In this document: positions 1-9,242 of the stretch, one piece after another | Numbering within the stretch: the first letter of the stretch is position 1 | Layout of the letters: the number at the start of each line of letters is the position of its first letter | NCBI GenBank assembly: GCA_016935755.1 | Contig: JAFGQI010000170.1 | Span: 5,770 to 69,769 of the forward strand | DNA: 64,000 bases | Source of the DNA: Anaerolineales bacterium | Lineage (GTDB): Bacteria > Chloroflexota > Anaerolineae > Anaerolineales > UBA4823 | Reading direction: 5' to 3' | Made by a program: the position numbers and the translations under genes | Notes under the pieces: generated by a model | What the model was told of the DNA's origin: nothing | The model's input: the letters and a program-made list of their open reading frames with translations, nothing else | The model's database searches: none

Positions 1-624
1 GGTCAGCGCGGGGGTGGCAAAACCATGCGCCAGGTTCAGCAGCGCGGCCCAGTGATGCTCGGCGTTGTAGGTGGCTGTGCCATCAACGGTGAAAAACACC
101 TCGTAGCCGCGCATGAAGGCCGAACGGGCGGTGGTCTCGCAGCACAGGTGCGTCATGACCCCACAGATGACCACCTGGCTCACCTCCTGGCTGCGCAGCA
201 GATCTTCCAGACTCGTGTGATAAAAAGCATCGTATTGGCTTTTATGAACCACCACTCCCCGAGAAAGATCGAGAGATGGAATAATCTCACTGAGCGGGTC
301 GCCCGGCAGAATTAACTGCTTCCACCAGGTCGCCATGCTGGCGGCATTCTCAGGGGTATTCAGGTGGCGGGTGAAAATAACCGGTAATTGGTGTTGCAGG
401 TAAAGCCTGACCAGGGCCTGGATGCCGGGGACGATCGCCGGAGCGGAGGGGATGAAGGCATGCGAGGCAGGCTCGAAAAAATAAGCCTGCATATCCAGCG
501 CCAGCAGGGCCGAGCGGCGCGGGATGAAGCGTTCTAAGCGGCGGCGCTGGCGCTGTTCGAGCTGCTGGCAGAATTCTTGCGCTTTGCGTTCAATGGATTC
601 AGGGGAGTAGTAGGCCTCCTTCAT
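1..624 (-). CDS. isochorismatase-family cysteine hydrolase; C-terminus runs off the window
   Basis: Absent from the ORF track because it is open at the window edge. Hand translation of the minus strand from ATG at 624 gives MKEAYYSPESIERKAQEF..LLALDMQAYFF..PVIFTRH..VVICGVMTHLCCETTARSAFMRGYEVFF, typical of the isochorismatase fold. The track ORF 25..315(+) is its shadow. Confidence 0.65.
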   Translation of the reverse strand, partial: MKEAYYSPESIERKAQEFCQQLEQRQRRRLERFIPRRSALLALDMQAYFFEPASHAFIPSAPAIVPGIQALVRLYLQHQLPVIFTRHLNTPENAASMATWWKQLILPGDPLSEIIPSLDLSRGVVVHKSQYDAFYHTSLEDLLRSQEVSQVVICGVMTHLCCETTARSAFMRGYEVFFTVDGTATYNAEHHWAALLNLAHGFATPALT

Positions 625-754
625 GATTGAACCGGAATTGTAACATACAACCGCACAAAACCAGTCTCACCCGGTGGATAATCTTCTATCTTGAAAACTG
701 GAACAAAAACGATATCCCCTAAAATCCACGGAGACAATCCTGGCTCAAGAGTTG

Positions 755-1123
755 CTACTCTTCGCCAGACTGATGCACACGCACGCGCCCGACCTCAACG
801 ATCCACAGCTGGCCTGCTGCTGGCATCTGTTCAACCACCCTTAAAAAATAACGCACAAGATTTTCGAGTACAGGCAGTCTCTGGTTTTCGGGCAGGCGAA
901 TCACAACGATGCCGGCAGAACCATCCGGCGAAAATCGCAGCACATTAGCGAAATCCAGATCCAATGTCACCAGGCAGCGCTGCTCCAACTGACATATCCC
1001 ATATAACTGCTCATCTGATACTCCTCGCAGTCCTTGCTGGTAAACTGTTTGCACATCATGACCAGAATCAATGAATATTTTCTGAGTGCGCGTGCCGAAA
1101 TTCTCGTCCAGTTTAAACTTCAT
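755..1123 (-). CDS. DUF5615-like (PIN-like fold) putative toxin
   Basis: MKFKLDENFGTR..GHDVQTVYQQGLRGVSDEQL..CLVTLDLDFANVL matches my memory of the DUF5615 pattern. Its ATG overlaps the upstream stop (TGATG). Confidence 0.6.
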   Translation of the reverse strand: MKFKLDENFGTRTQKIFIDSGHDVQTVYQQGLRGVSDEQLYGICQLEQRCLVTLDLDFANVLRFSPDGSAGIVVIRLPENQRLPVLENLVRYFLRVVEQMPAAGQLWIVEVGRVRVHQSGEE

Positions 1124-1362
1124 CAAACTGCCTCAGTCGGGAGCGACACAAACCGCTGGCGCGACATTTCAGCGCCATAGGCAATCGCAGCATAAATATC
1201 TTCATGAGTAAGTTGTGGATACTCAATCAGGATCTGATCAGGGGTCATCCCATTCGCCAGAAAATCAAGAATTAAAGACACCCATATCCGTGTGCCGCGA
1301 ATACATGGTTTACCAAAACATACATTTGGGTTTATAGAAATCCGGCTTAATAACGGGTTCAC
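1123..1362 (-). CDS. DUF433-family putative antitoxin
   Basis: ISINPNVCFGKPCIRGTRIWVSLILDFLANGMTPDQILIEYPQLTHEDIYAAIAY is the classic DUF433 motif. It is translationally coupled to the DUF5615 gene. Confidence 0.65.
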   Translation of the reverse strand: MNPLLSRISINPNVCFGKPCIRGTRIWVSLILDFLANGMTPDQILIEYPQLTHEDIYAAIAYGAEMSRQRFVSLPTEAV

Positions 1363-1451
1363 TGCTCACCTCATTTCGAGCATATCGCTTCAACATATCT
1401 CAAATGGATTATACCTCTTTGCATAAGCCAGTGAACCATATAAACACCAGC

Positions 1452-1901
1452 CTATGACTGCAGGGATAAAGCGCCTTCAATGAAATCCTTCCAGCGTGCA
1501 TCAGGGTTCCAGATGCGCTGCATATCGGCAAAAGCCTGCTCCCTGGTCCAGCCCAGACGCAGGATGCGATCCAGGGCCACAAAGGCCGAGACGCGCATAT
1601 TGGCGGCGCAGTGCAGAAACACCCTGCGCCCATGATTGGCCTGCATCACCGCCATGAAGTTCTCCAGATTCGTGCGGGTGGGCGCTTCCCAGATCACCGG
1701 GATATGGATGTACTCCATGCCGTTGGCCAGCACGGTGGAGGCTTCGTCGGGCAGGGAATAATCCTGCCCGGTGCGGGCCAGGTTGATCACCAGCTGACAG
1801 CCAGCCTGAGCGACCTCGGCGAGCTGCGCTTCGCTGGGCTGCCCGGCAGTCGCCAGATGATCGGTAAGCTGCAGGTAATTGTAGATCTCGTTTAGCGCCA
1901 T
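1452..1901 (-). CDS. DUF442/PTP-like phosphatase-fold protein
   Basis: The track ORF is 224 aa, but its N-terminal 75 codons run through the divergent cinA promoter and into the cinA coding start. The internal start MALNEIYNYLQLTDHLATAGQPS.. (ATG at 1901) gives a 149-aa protein with a VFLHCAANMRVS P-loop-like motif. Confidence 0.5.
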   Translation of the reverse strand: MALNEIYNYLQLTDHLATAGQPSEAQLAEVAQAGCQLVINLARTGQDYSLPDEASTVLANGMEYIHIPVIWEAPTRTNLENFMAVMQANHGRRVFLHCAANMRVSAFVALDRILRLGWTREQAFADMQRIWNPDARWKDFIEGALSLQS

Positions 1902-1966
1902 GTGCACCTCAGTGCTGGCGATTATACCAAGCGCAGGGCGATTATCCCGGTTATAATCATTCCACA

Positions 1967-2491
1967 ATGGATAAGATAAAAGAGAACGAACAGACCACAA
2001 CTGGCCAGCCGCCGCTCGAAGTGCAGGCTGGAGAGCTGCTGCGCCGCAGGGGGCTGCGCCTGGCAGTAGCCGAATCATGCACTGGCGGGCTGATCGGACA
2101 CCGCCTGACCAACATCCCTGGCTCATCCACCTATTACATGGGCAGCGTGACGGCTTACGCTTACGAAGCCAAAGTGCGCCTGTTGGGCGTGCGCTGGGCG
2201 ACGCTGGAGAAATTTGGCGCGGTCAGCAAGGAGACGGTGATCGAGATGGCGCGCGGCGTGCGCCACGCCCTGGCGGCGGATATCGGCCTCTCGGTGAGCG
2301 GCATCGCCGGGCCGGGCGGCGGCACCCCCGAGAAACCGGTCGGCCTGGTATGGATCGGCCTGAGCGCCGATGATGTCGACGAGGCCTGGAGCTTTGTGTG
2401 GCAGGGCGATCGCCTGCTCAACAAGGAGCTTTCCGCCGAACAGGCGCTGCAGCTCCTGGTGGATTACTTGAGCGAAGAAGTGGATGAATAG
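1967..2491 (+). CDS. pncC: CinA C-terminal domain / nicotinamide-nucleotide amidohydrolase (PncC-like)
   Basis: LAVAESCTGGLIGHRLTNIPGSSTYY..GAVSKETVIEMA..SGIAGPGGGTPEKPVGLVWIGL is the CinA-C signature. Confidence 0.85.
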   Translation: MDKIKENEQTTTGQPPLEVQAGELLRRRGLRLAVAESCTGGLIGHRLTNIPGSSTYYMGSVTAYAYEAKVRLLGVRWATLEKFGAVSKETVIEMARGVRHALAADIGLSVSGIAGPGGGTPEKPVGLVWIGLSADDVDEAWSFVWQGDRLLNKELSAEQALQLLVDYLSEEVDE

Positions 2492-2493
2492 GC

Positions 2494-2763
2494 ATGGAGC
2501 CGGTCGAAGTGATCGCCCGCTATGAATCTGGCCAGGCTGGCAGCGCTGGCAAGATCACCCCACTCAGGTTCACCTGGCAGGGGGGTGTCTATCCTGTCAC
2601 CTCCACCGGGCGCAGGTGGCAGGATGAGAGCGGCTATCATATCCTGGTCATGGCGCCCGGGCCTGTGCCTGGCGGGGAGCAGGTCTACGAGTTGCTGTTT
2701 GCCCTCGAGCGGGCCTGCTGGTATCTCAAATCCCCTGGCCAGGCGCGCAGAGCCGCGGCCTGA
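2494..2763 (+). CDS. hypothetical small protein
   Basis: 89-aa ORF starting 2 nt after the cinA stop, so probably coupled. No family recognised. Confidence 0.4.
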   Translation: MEPVEVIARYESGQAGSAGKITPLRFTWQGGVYPVTSTGRRWQDESGYHILVMAPGPVPGGEQVYELLFALERACWYLKSPGQARRAAA

Positions 2764-2823
2764 ACGCACCGCGGCTGATACGATATCAAAGACAGCGTTC
2801 TGATTACCGCTGCACCCCTGATT

Positions 2824-4611
2824 TCACTCGTGTTTCCCTAGTTTTGCCCTTTCTTCAGCGGCGACGCTGGGCTCCAGCTTGCGGAACAGCGGGGCTGGCT
2901 GGACCATAGCCTGTCCGGGTTTGAGTTGGCTGGGAAACCACTGCACCCCGGCCTGGCCCGGGCGGTAGCGCAGCACAGTATGCTCGCCCAGAGAATCGAT
3001 GTGGGTCTCGGTGTACTGCTCGCCGAACAAGGGGGTGGTATATCCCAGGTACTGGTGCAGGCGCTCACAGCTGAAAGGCAGGTAAGGGGCAAACAGCACT
3101 TTGAGCGAATCGATCACCCGCAGGGCAGTATAGATGGTCTTGGCTGCGGCGGCTTTATCGGTCTTGATTTCAAACCAGGGCGCGGCGCTGTCCAGGTATT
3201 TATTCCCCTCCGAGGCCAGGCGCAGCGCCTCATTCAAGGCAGCGCGCAGGCGCGCCGCGCTCAGATGATCGCTTACGTTCTGAAAGCCCGCCTCGACAAC
3301 CTGCAGGATTTCCTGATCCTGCGGGCGCAGCTCGCCCGGCTCGGGGACCCGCCCCTCCCAGTTGCGATAGGCGAAGGACAGGACGCGGTTCGCCAGGTTG
3401 CCCCAGGTCGCCACCAGTTCATCGTTATTGCGGCGCACGAAATCATCCCAATCCCAGTCGGTGTCCTTGGTTTCGGGCATATTGGCGGTCAGGTAGTAGC
3501 GCAGCGGATCAGGATCGTAACGGCTGAGGAAATCCAGCCCCCACACCGCCCAGTTGCGGCTGCCGGAGATCTTCTGCCCCTCCAGGTTCATGAATTCATT
3601 GGCTGGCACATCGAAAGGCAGAGTCAGGCGCCGCCCATCTTCCTGGAAGATTTTCCCAAACCACTCCCCCGCCCCGATCAGCTGTCCAGGCCAGATAACC
3701 GCATGGAAGGGGATATTGTCCTTGCCGATGAAATAGAAGGCGCGCGCCTCCGGGTTGAACCACCAATCCTCCCAGGCCTTAGGCTGGCCTGACAGCTGCG
3801 CCCACTCGATCGCCGCTGAGAGATAGCCGATCACCGCTTCGAACCAGACATACAGGCACTTGCCCTGCCAGCCTTCCACCGGCACCGGGATGCCCCAATC
3901 CAGGTCGCGGGTGATGGCGCGCCCGTGCAGATGATCCGCCAGGATCTGGCCCAGCGATTGGCGCAGAACATTCGGGCGCCAGTAGCCCTGACGCTGGCGC
4001 AAGAAGTCGACAATGGCCGGTTCGAGCGCCCCCAGATCCATATAGAAATGTTCCGTCTCACGCAGTTCGGGCGTGGAGCCATCCGTCTTCGCCCGCGGGT
4101 CGATCAGCAGAGTGGCATCCAGCAGGCTGCCGCAGCCATCACACTGGTCGCCGCGTGCATTGGGATAGCCGCACAGATAGCAGGTGCCTTCGACATAGCG
4201 GTCGGGCAGGAAGCGCCCCTGGGAAGGCGCATACCACTGCTGCTGGCGCTCGGTGTACAGATAGCCGTTCTGTTTCAACGCCAGGAAGATCGCCTGGGAT
4301 ACCTTGAAGTGGTTTTCGGTATGCGTGCTGCTGAACAGATCATAGGCCAGGCCCAGCTTCTGGAACAGCTCGATAAACGAGGCGTGATACTTCTGGTAGA
4401 CCTGCAGCGGGGTGAGGCCTTCTGCATCGGCGCGCACAGTGACCGGGGTGCCATGTGCATCTGAGCCAGAGACCATGATCACCCGGTTACCCCGCAGGCG
4501 GTGGTAGCGGGCAAAGATATCCGCCGGCAGATAAGAACCAGTGATGTTGCCAACATGGATCTCCGAGTTGGCATATGGCCAGGCAACAGCTACAAGAATA
4601 GTTTCAGACAT
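2824..4611 (-). CDS. metG: methionine--tRNA ligase
   Basis: PYANSEIHVGN (HIGH-type motif), KISGSRN (KMSKS-type motif) and a Zn knuckle CYLCGYPNARGDQCDGCG. GGAGG lies 7 nt before the ATG. Confidence 0.95.
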   Translation of the reverse strand: MSETILVAVAWPYANSEIHVGNITGSYLPADIFARYHRLRGNRVIMVSGSDAHGTPVTVRADAEGLTPLQVYQKYHASFIELFQKLGLAYDLFSSTHTENHFKVSQAIFLALKQNGYLYTERQQQWYAPSQGRFLPDRYVEGTCYLCGYPNARGDQCDGCGSLLDATLLIDPRAKTDGSTPELRETEHFYMDLGALEPAIVDFLRQRQGYWRPNVLRQSLGQILADHLHGRAITRDLDWGIPVPVEGWQGKCLYVWFEAVIGYLSAAIEWAQLSGQPKAWEDWWFNPEARAFYFIGKDNIPFHAVIWPGQLIGAGEWFGKIFQEDGRRLTLPFDVPANEFMNLEGQKISGSRNWAVWGLDFLSRYDPDPLRYYLTANMPETKDTDWDWDDFVRRNNDELVATWGNLANRVLSFAYRNWEGRVPEPGELRPQDQEILQVVEAGFQNVSDHLSAARLRAALNEALRLASEGNKYLDSAAPWFEIKTDKAAAAKTIYTALRVIDSLKVLFAPYLPFSCERLHQYLGYTTPLFGEQYTETHIDSLGEHTVLRYRPGQAGVQWFPSQLKPGQAMVQPAPLFRKLEPSVAAEERAKLGKHE

Positions 4612-4643
4612 AAGAGACCTCCGGTGTAATATAAGCTCAGATC

Positions 4644-4674
4644 AAAAAAAAGGGCTGTCCCATGTGGACAGCCC
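4644..4674 (-). terminator. intrinsic terminator inside the metG leader
   Basis: Minus strand reads GGGCTGTCC-ACATG-GGACAGCCC followed by 8 T: a 9-bp GC-rich stem with a U-tract. The U-tract ends 32 nt before the metG ATG. Confidence 0.7.
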
Positions 4675-4696
4675 GCAGATTGCTTAGGAGTCAGGA

Positions 4697-4810
4697 TCAA
4701 CAAGAATCCCCAAACCAACTGGCTGCCCGTCGCTGAGCGCGACCCGACATGGCCATCATGGCCGCCATCGAGACACGCATCATCATATAGTTAATCCGCA
4801 CAGGCACCAT
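4697..4810 (-). CDS. candidate Met-rich leader peptide (37 codons) of metG
   Basis: MVPVRINYMMMRVSMAAMMAMSGRAQRRAASWFGDSC. It has 8 ATG codons, 7 of them within codons 9-21. AGGA lies 8 nt upstream. The ORF sits between the promoter and the terminator. Confidence 0.4.
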   Translation of the reverse strand: MVPVRINYMMMRVSMAAMMAMSGRAQRRAASWFGDSC

Positions 4811-4844
4811 CGCGCATATCCTTTCGAGCAAAGAAGTAAAGCAG

Positions 4845-4873
4845 AGTCTAAAACCAGGGCAAGTTTTTGTCAA
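4845..4873 (-). promoter_or_regulatory. sigma-70-type promoter of the metG leader
   Basis: Minus strand reads TTGACA (4873-4868), a 17-nt spacer, then TAGACT (4850-4845). Confidence 0.5.
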
Positions 4874-4893
4874 GAGCATTTCGCGCCCGGGAC

Positions 4894-6057
4894 TCAGCTG
4901 TACTCGCGCAGCAGACGCGCCTTGCCTGGCTGGCGCAATCGCCGCAAAGCCTTGCCTTCGATCTGGCGGATGCGCTCGCGGGTCAGGCCGAACTTTTGCC
5001 CCACCTCTTCCAGAGTGTACGGGCGGTCCTGGCCCAGGCCAAAGCGCAGGCGCAAAACACGCGCTTCGCGTGGAGATAGGGTCGCCAACACCTGCTCCAC
5101 CCGCTCACGCAAGATATTCTCATAGGCCATCTGGGCCGGGCTGGGAGAGGCGATGTCCTCGACATACATACCCAGCTCAGCCTCCTCATCCTCTCCCACA
5201 GGCGTCTCCAGAGAGAGCGGTGTCAGGGCAACCTGGAGCATCCAGCGCAGCTTCGAGATTTCCAAATCAAGCCGGCCGGCCAATTCTTCTACCGTGGGCA
5301 CGCGGCCAAGCTGCTGTTCCATCTCTTGTGAGACCTTGTAAACCTGGCGGAGCCGGTCAACCATGTGCACCGGCACACGAATGGTGCGTCCCTGATCGGC
5401 TATCGAGCGGATGATCCCCTGGCGGATCCACCAGGTGGCATAGGTGGAAAAGCGAAAGCCGCGCTGGTACTCAAATTTATCGACTGCTTTCATTAAGCCC
5501 AGGTTGCCCTCCTGGATTAGATCCAGAAATGGGACGCCCCGGCCCACATAGCGGCGGGCGACGCTGACCACCAGGCGAGTGTTGGCTTTAATCAGAAATT
5601 CGCGCGCAATCTGTCCATCTTTCACCAGGGCTTCAAGTTCCAGGCGACGTTCGGGGTTTTGTCCGTTCAGGCGAACCAGTTCATCTCGCGCCTGGCTTGC
5701 CCGGGCAATCCGCTTAGCCAGGGCCAATTCTTCTTCCACGGTCAGCAAAGGGGTGAGCGACATCTCTTTTAGATAGAGCGTCACCGCATCATCGCCAGTC
5801 GTATATTCCAGCTGGCCCGGGTCCTTCTCCTCAACCTCTTGTAGGGGAGTTGCCTGCTCATCCGCCTCCTGCTCCAAAATTGCCACGCCCTGGAACTGCA
5901 ATGCCTCCACCAGGAGGGCCAGTTGATCCTTATTTTTCGAGGCGGCAGGATAGATTTCAAGGATGTCTTCGATACTGAGATATCCCTGTTGGCTGGCTTT
6001 GGCAACCAGCCTACTAAAAACTTGACTCCTCGGTGCAGTTTTATCTGGGCGAGCCAT
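4894..6057 (-). CDS. sigA: primary RNA polymerase sigma factor (sigma-70 family)
   Basis: Regions 1.2 to 4 are recognisable: FLDLIQEGNLGLMKAVDKFEYQRGFRFSTYATWWIRQGIIRSI, and LEEVGQKFGLTRERIRQIEGKALRRLR. Confidence 0.95.
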   Translation of the reverse strand: MARPDKTAPRSQVFSRLVAKASQQGYLSIEDILEIYPAASKNKDQLALLVEALQFQGVAILEQEADEQATPLQEVEEKDPGQLEYTTGDDAVTLYLKEMSLTPLLTVEEELALAKRIARASQARDELVRLNGQNPERRLELEALVKDGQIAREFLIKANTRLVVSVARRYVGRGVPFLDLIQEGNLGLMKAVDKFEYQRGFRFSTYATWWIRQGIIRSIADQGRTIRVPVHMVDRLRQVYKVSQEMEQQLGRVPTVEELAGRLDLEISKLRWMLQVALTPLSLETPVGEDEEAELGMYVEDIASPSPAQMAYENILRERVEQVLATLSPREARVLRLRFGLGQDRPYTLEEVGQKFGLTRERIRQIEGKALRRLRQPGKARLLREYS

Positions 6058-6143
6058 GAAAAGCCCTCATCCGTGCAGGTGCAGTCAAATTAAGCTGCTC
6101 ATTGTGGGTATTGCCAGCAGAGATGGAACTGCGGCTTTGGACC

Positions 6144-6656
6144 TTATTCTTTCTCCAATGAGCGCAGCGCGCTCAGACGAGGATCGATATCGTCATCCTC
6201 ATGGTTGCAGGTGGTTTCATTCAAGTTCTCCCCGCATACCGGACACAGGCCCTTACAGTCCGGCTTGCATAATGGGCTGATGGGAATAGCCAGGATCATC
6301 TCTTCCCGCAGCATCGGAGCCAGATCAATTTTTCCGCTTTCAGGCATCAATAAACCGGTCTCTGTGGTCTGGTTGAGGGTAAAGGCATACAATTCTGTGA
6401 AATCTGCCTCCAGAGGCTGCTGGAAATCCACCAGGCAGCGTACGCACTCAGAAGACGTGCTGGCTTTCATGTTCACCTGCACCAACAAACCCTGGGCAGT
6501 GCGCGTGACGCGCACAAATCCCTTCAGGTCACTTAAATTCATGTCCGGGGGCAGGTAGACCGATGGAGCCTCAATCGGGAAGTCCCGAGTGTAGCCTACC
6601 GTCTGATGTACGATAAAACCAACGTTAAGGGTAAGAAAATCGCGAGAGTCATTCAC
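6144..6656 (-). CDS. DUF177 / YceD-family protein
   Basis: C-terminal CKPDCKGLCPVCGENLNETTCNHE followed by an acidic tail is typical of YceD/DUF177. Confidence 0.8.
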   Translation of the reverse strand: MNDSRDFLTLNVGFIVHQTVGYTRDFPIEAPSVYLPPDMNLSDLKGFVRVTRTAQGLLVQVNMKASTSSECVRCLVDFQQPLEADFTELYAFTLNQTTETGLLMPESGKIDLAPMLREEMILAIPISPLCKPDCKGLCPVCGENLNETTCNHEDDDIDPRLSALRSLEKE

Positions 6657-6826
6657 GGGTCAGCATCGATTCTAGATTAAAATAGAGCCCGGTTATTTTT
6701 CACATCCCTGGAACGAGCTCCGGATTACCGGCTTGGGAAAACCGCACCAATAATTTTATCTGCGCCGAGATTATAACATAAACACTGCCTGCCAAAAGAA
6801 GACCGCTGCGCTTATCAGGAGAAATT

Positions 6827-7447
6827 ATGTCGAAATTACTGCTGGCATCCAACAATCCGGGTAAACTGATTGAAATTCAGGCTTTACTTCAAGATCTGGA
6901 GGTGGAACTGGTAACCCCTGCCCTGCTCGGCCTGGAACTCACAGTTGAAGAGAATGGTCAGACCTACGCAGAGAATGCCGCCCTCAAAGGCCTGGCATTC
7001 GCCCGCCTCTCGGGCATGCTGACTCTGGCGGATGACTCGGGGCTGGAAGTGGATGCCCTGGATGGCCTGCCCGGTTTGCATTCGGCGCGGTTTTCTCCAA
7101 AACCTGGGGCCAGCGATGCTGACCGGCGCCGCTACTTGCTGGAACGCCTGGAGGGGACGCCACCCCCGTGGCCGGCGCGCTTCCGCTGTCTCATCGCACT
7201 GGTCACCCCTGCTGGAGTGGTGCGCTCCACCGAGGGGGTATGCTCGGGAGAAATCATCTCACAGGAACGCGGCCAGAATGGATTCGGCTACGATCCCATC
7301 TTCCTGATCCCGCAGTTGGGGCGGACAATGGCTGAGCTGAGTATGGACGAAAAGAACCAGCTCAGCCACCGGGCCAGGGCTGTCCTGGCTGCCCGACCCT
7401 ACCTGGCAGACTACCTGCGGAACGAATCGCTCACAGATGAAGGTTGA
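6827..7447 (+). CDS. rdgB: non-canonical purine NTP pyrophosphatase (RdgB/HAM1)
   Basis: LLASNNPGKLIEIQ, LADDSGLEVDALDGLPG, GQNGFGYDPIF. Confidence 0.9.
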   Translation: MSKLLLASNNPGKLIEIQALLQDLEVELVTPALLGLELTVEENGQTYAENAALKGLAFARLSGMLTLADDSGLEVDALDGLPGLHSARFSPKPGASDADRRRYLLERLEGTPPPWPARFRCLIALVTPAGVVRSTEGVCSGEIISQERGQNGFGYDPIFLIPQLGRTMAELSMDEKNQLSHRARAVLAARPYLADYLRNESLTDEG

Positions 7448-7487
7448 TGTCTTGTCAAGCGCACTTTTTCGGTTATCATTATAGGGT

Positions 7488-9236
7488 ATGCGCAGCGTAA
7501 ATTTATCCACCTCGGTTGACTGGGTAATCCTGGTCATTCGCTGGGCCTTCTTGATTGGGCTCAGCGTCTGGATGATCAAGGGAGTTGGTTTCACCTTGCC
7601 TCTCTCCATTCTCCTGGGCGTTGCCACCTGTATGAACTTCTTCGCCACCATGTTGGTTGGGGTCAGCCGCCGCAAACGATCTTTTCGCACTGCGAACTTG
7701 TTGGGGGATTTCCTGTTTGCCCACCTGTTTTTCTACTTGAGCGCCCCTTACCAGTTGGATACCTACTGGGTAAGTCTGCTGCCGTTGATCACTGCTTCGT
7801 TATACTACCAGTGGGCCGGTGCAATCGTCTGTATCGTTCTAAACATCATTACCCAGGGTCTGGTTGCTAATTTATTTCTGCCCACAGAGGAAGTTTTCCG
7901 CTTGTTGGGTGTCCTGCTGCCGCTATGCCTGGTAGTTGGTTTGTTCTTCGCCTTCCTGAGCCAGGCGCTGGGGAAAGGGTTATTTCAACGATCCACCGGC
8001 TCTGCGCCGCCCGAGATTGACGAAAAGGAGCGCGAGAGGCGCCGGGCAATATACAATTTAATTTCTGCCCTCAGTTCTTCCTTGAACTATACGCGTGTCA
8101 TGGAGACAGCCCTGGACTTGAGCGCCAAGACATTGGTGGAGCTAAATGCCCCCGCCGAGAAACTGATCAGCGCGGTGATGCTCTATGCCCCTAATGCAAA
8201 CAAAGAACCCGAACTGCGCATCGGCACCTCCCGAGGCCTGGTGCTTTCCGATACGCGCATCACCATGCCTGGCACCACCGGGCTCATTGCCCGGGCGATT
8301 GATGAGGGGCAGCCCACCCTCTCACGGAATCTCCATCGAGACCAGGAGCTAAACCGCTTTCTCAGCCTGAGAGACTGCCGGTCTGTGTATTGCATTCCAC
8401 TGCGCTCAGGTCTGGATGCCTATGGCATTCTGATCTTTGCCCATCCCGAAATCGAGTTTTTCACCCCTGATCGCCGTGAAATCCTGGATATTATTGGCAA
8501 TCAGGCGATGATTGCCCTGCAAAACGCGCAGCTCTACCGTGACCTGGAGCTGGAAAAAGAACGCATGATGGAAATCCAGGAAGAAGCACGCAAAAAGATC
8601 GCCCGTGATCTGCACGATGGGCCTACCCAATCGGTGGCTGCCATTGCCATGCGAGTGAATTTTGCCCGGCGGTTGATCGAGCGCGACGCGAAATCCGCCT
8701 CCGAAGAACTGTTCAAGATCGAAGAGCTGGCCCGCCGCACTACCAAAGAAATCCGTCATATGCTCTTCACCCTGCGCCCCCTGGTGCTCGAGTCCCAGGG
8801 ACTGGTAGCTGCCCTGGAATCAATGGCTGAAAAGACCAAAGAAACATACAATCAGGAGGTGATTGTTCAAGTCGACCCGGAGATCGTGCAAACGCTCGAA
8901 GCCAGCAAACAGGCCGTGGTGTTCTACATTGCTGAAGAGGCGGTCAATAACGCCCGCAAGCATGCCCGGGCGGCGCATATCTGGGTACGCCTGAAATCCC
9001 TGAGGGAAAACCTGAACATGCTAGAAATCGAAGATGACGGGGTTGGGTTTAATGTCGGCGAGGTGGATGCATCATATAACAACCGGGGAAGCCTGGGAAT
9101 GGTGAATATGCGCGAGCGCGCCGAACTGGTCAACGGTGTCCTGCGAATTGAATCGTCCCCTGGACGCGGCACACGGGTGCGGGTGGTTATCCCCTTAAGC
9201 GAAGAAGCGGCTGACCGTTTGCGACACGGACTATGA
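7488..9236 (+). CDS. membrane sensor histidine kinase (multi-TM N-terminus, GAF, HisKA_3, HATPase)
   Basis: Hydrophobic N-terminus. H-box ARDLHDGPTQSV (NarX/DegS type). N/G boxes EEAVNNARKH and DDGVGF..GSLGMVNMRERA. Confidence 0.85.
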   Translation: MRSVNLSTSVDWVILVIRWAFLIGLSVWMIKGVGFTLPLSILLGVATCMNFFATMLVGVSRRKRSFRTANLLGDFLFAHLFFYLSAPYQLDTYWVSLLPLITASLYYQWAGAIVCIVLNIITQGLVANLFLPTEEVFRLLGVLLPLCLVVGLFFAFLSQALGKGLFQRSTGSAPPEIDEKERERRRAIYNLISALSSSLNYTRVMETALDLSAKTLVELNAPAEKLISAVMLYAPNANKEPELRIGTSRGLVLSDTRITMPGTTGLIARAIDEGQPTLSRNLHRDQELNRFLSLRDCRSVYCIPLRSGLDAYGILIFAHPEIEFFTPDRREILDIIGNQAMIALQNAQLYRDLELEKERMMEIQEEARKKIARDLHDGPTQSVAAIAMRVNFARRLIERDAKSASEELFKIEELARRTTKEIRHMLFTLRPLVLESQGLVAALESMAEKTKETYNQEVIVQVDPEIVQTLEASKQAVVFYIAEEAVNNARKHARAAHIWVRLKSLRENLNMLEIEDDGVGFNVGEVDASYNNRGSLGMVNMRERAELVNGVLRIESSPGRGTRVRVVIPLSEEAADRLRHGL

Positions 9237-9242
9237 AACCCC

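Noticed and set aside
4697-4879. The full 60-aa track ORF (MLLTKTCPGF...) as the leader peptide.
   Set aside because: Its ATG at 4879 lies upstream of the -35 element of the only good promoter. The internal ATG at 4810, which has an upstream AGGA, is the plausible start.
4612-4893. The metG leader as a T-box riboswitch with an AUG specifier.
   Set aside because: The leader shares only AGCAATCTG with the thrS T-box in this window. It lacks the GGGTGGNACCGCG core and the AGAGA/AGTA stem I motifs by eye. This rejection is provisional, and a covariance-model search should confirm it.
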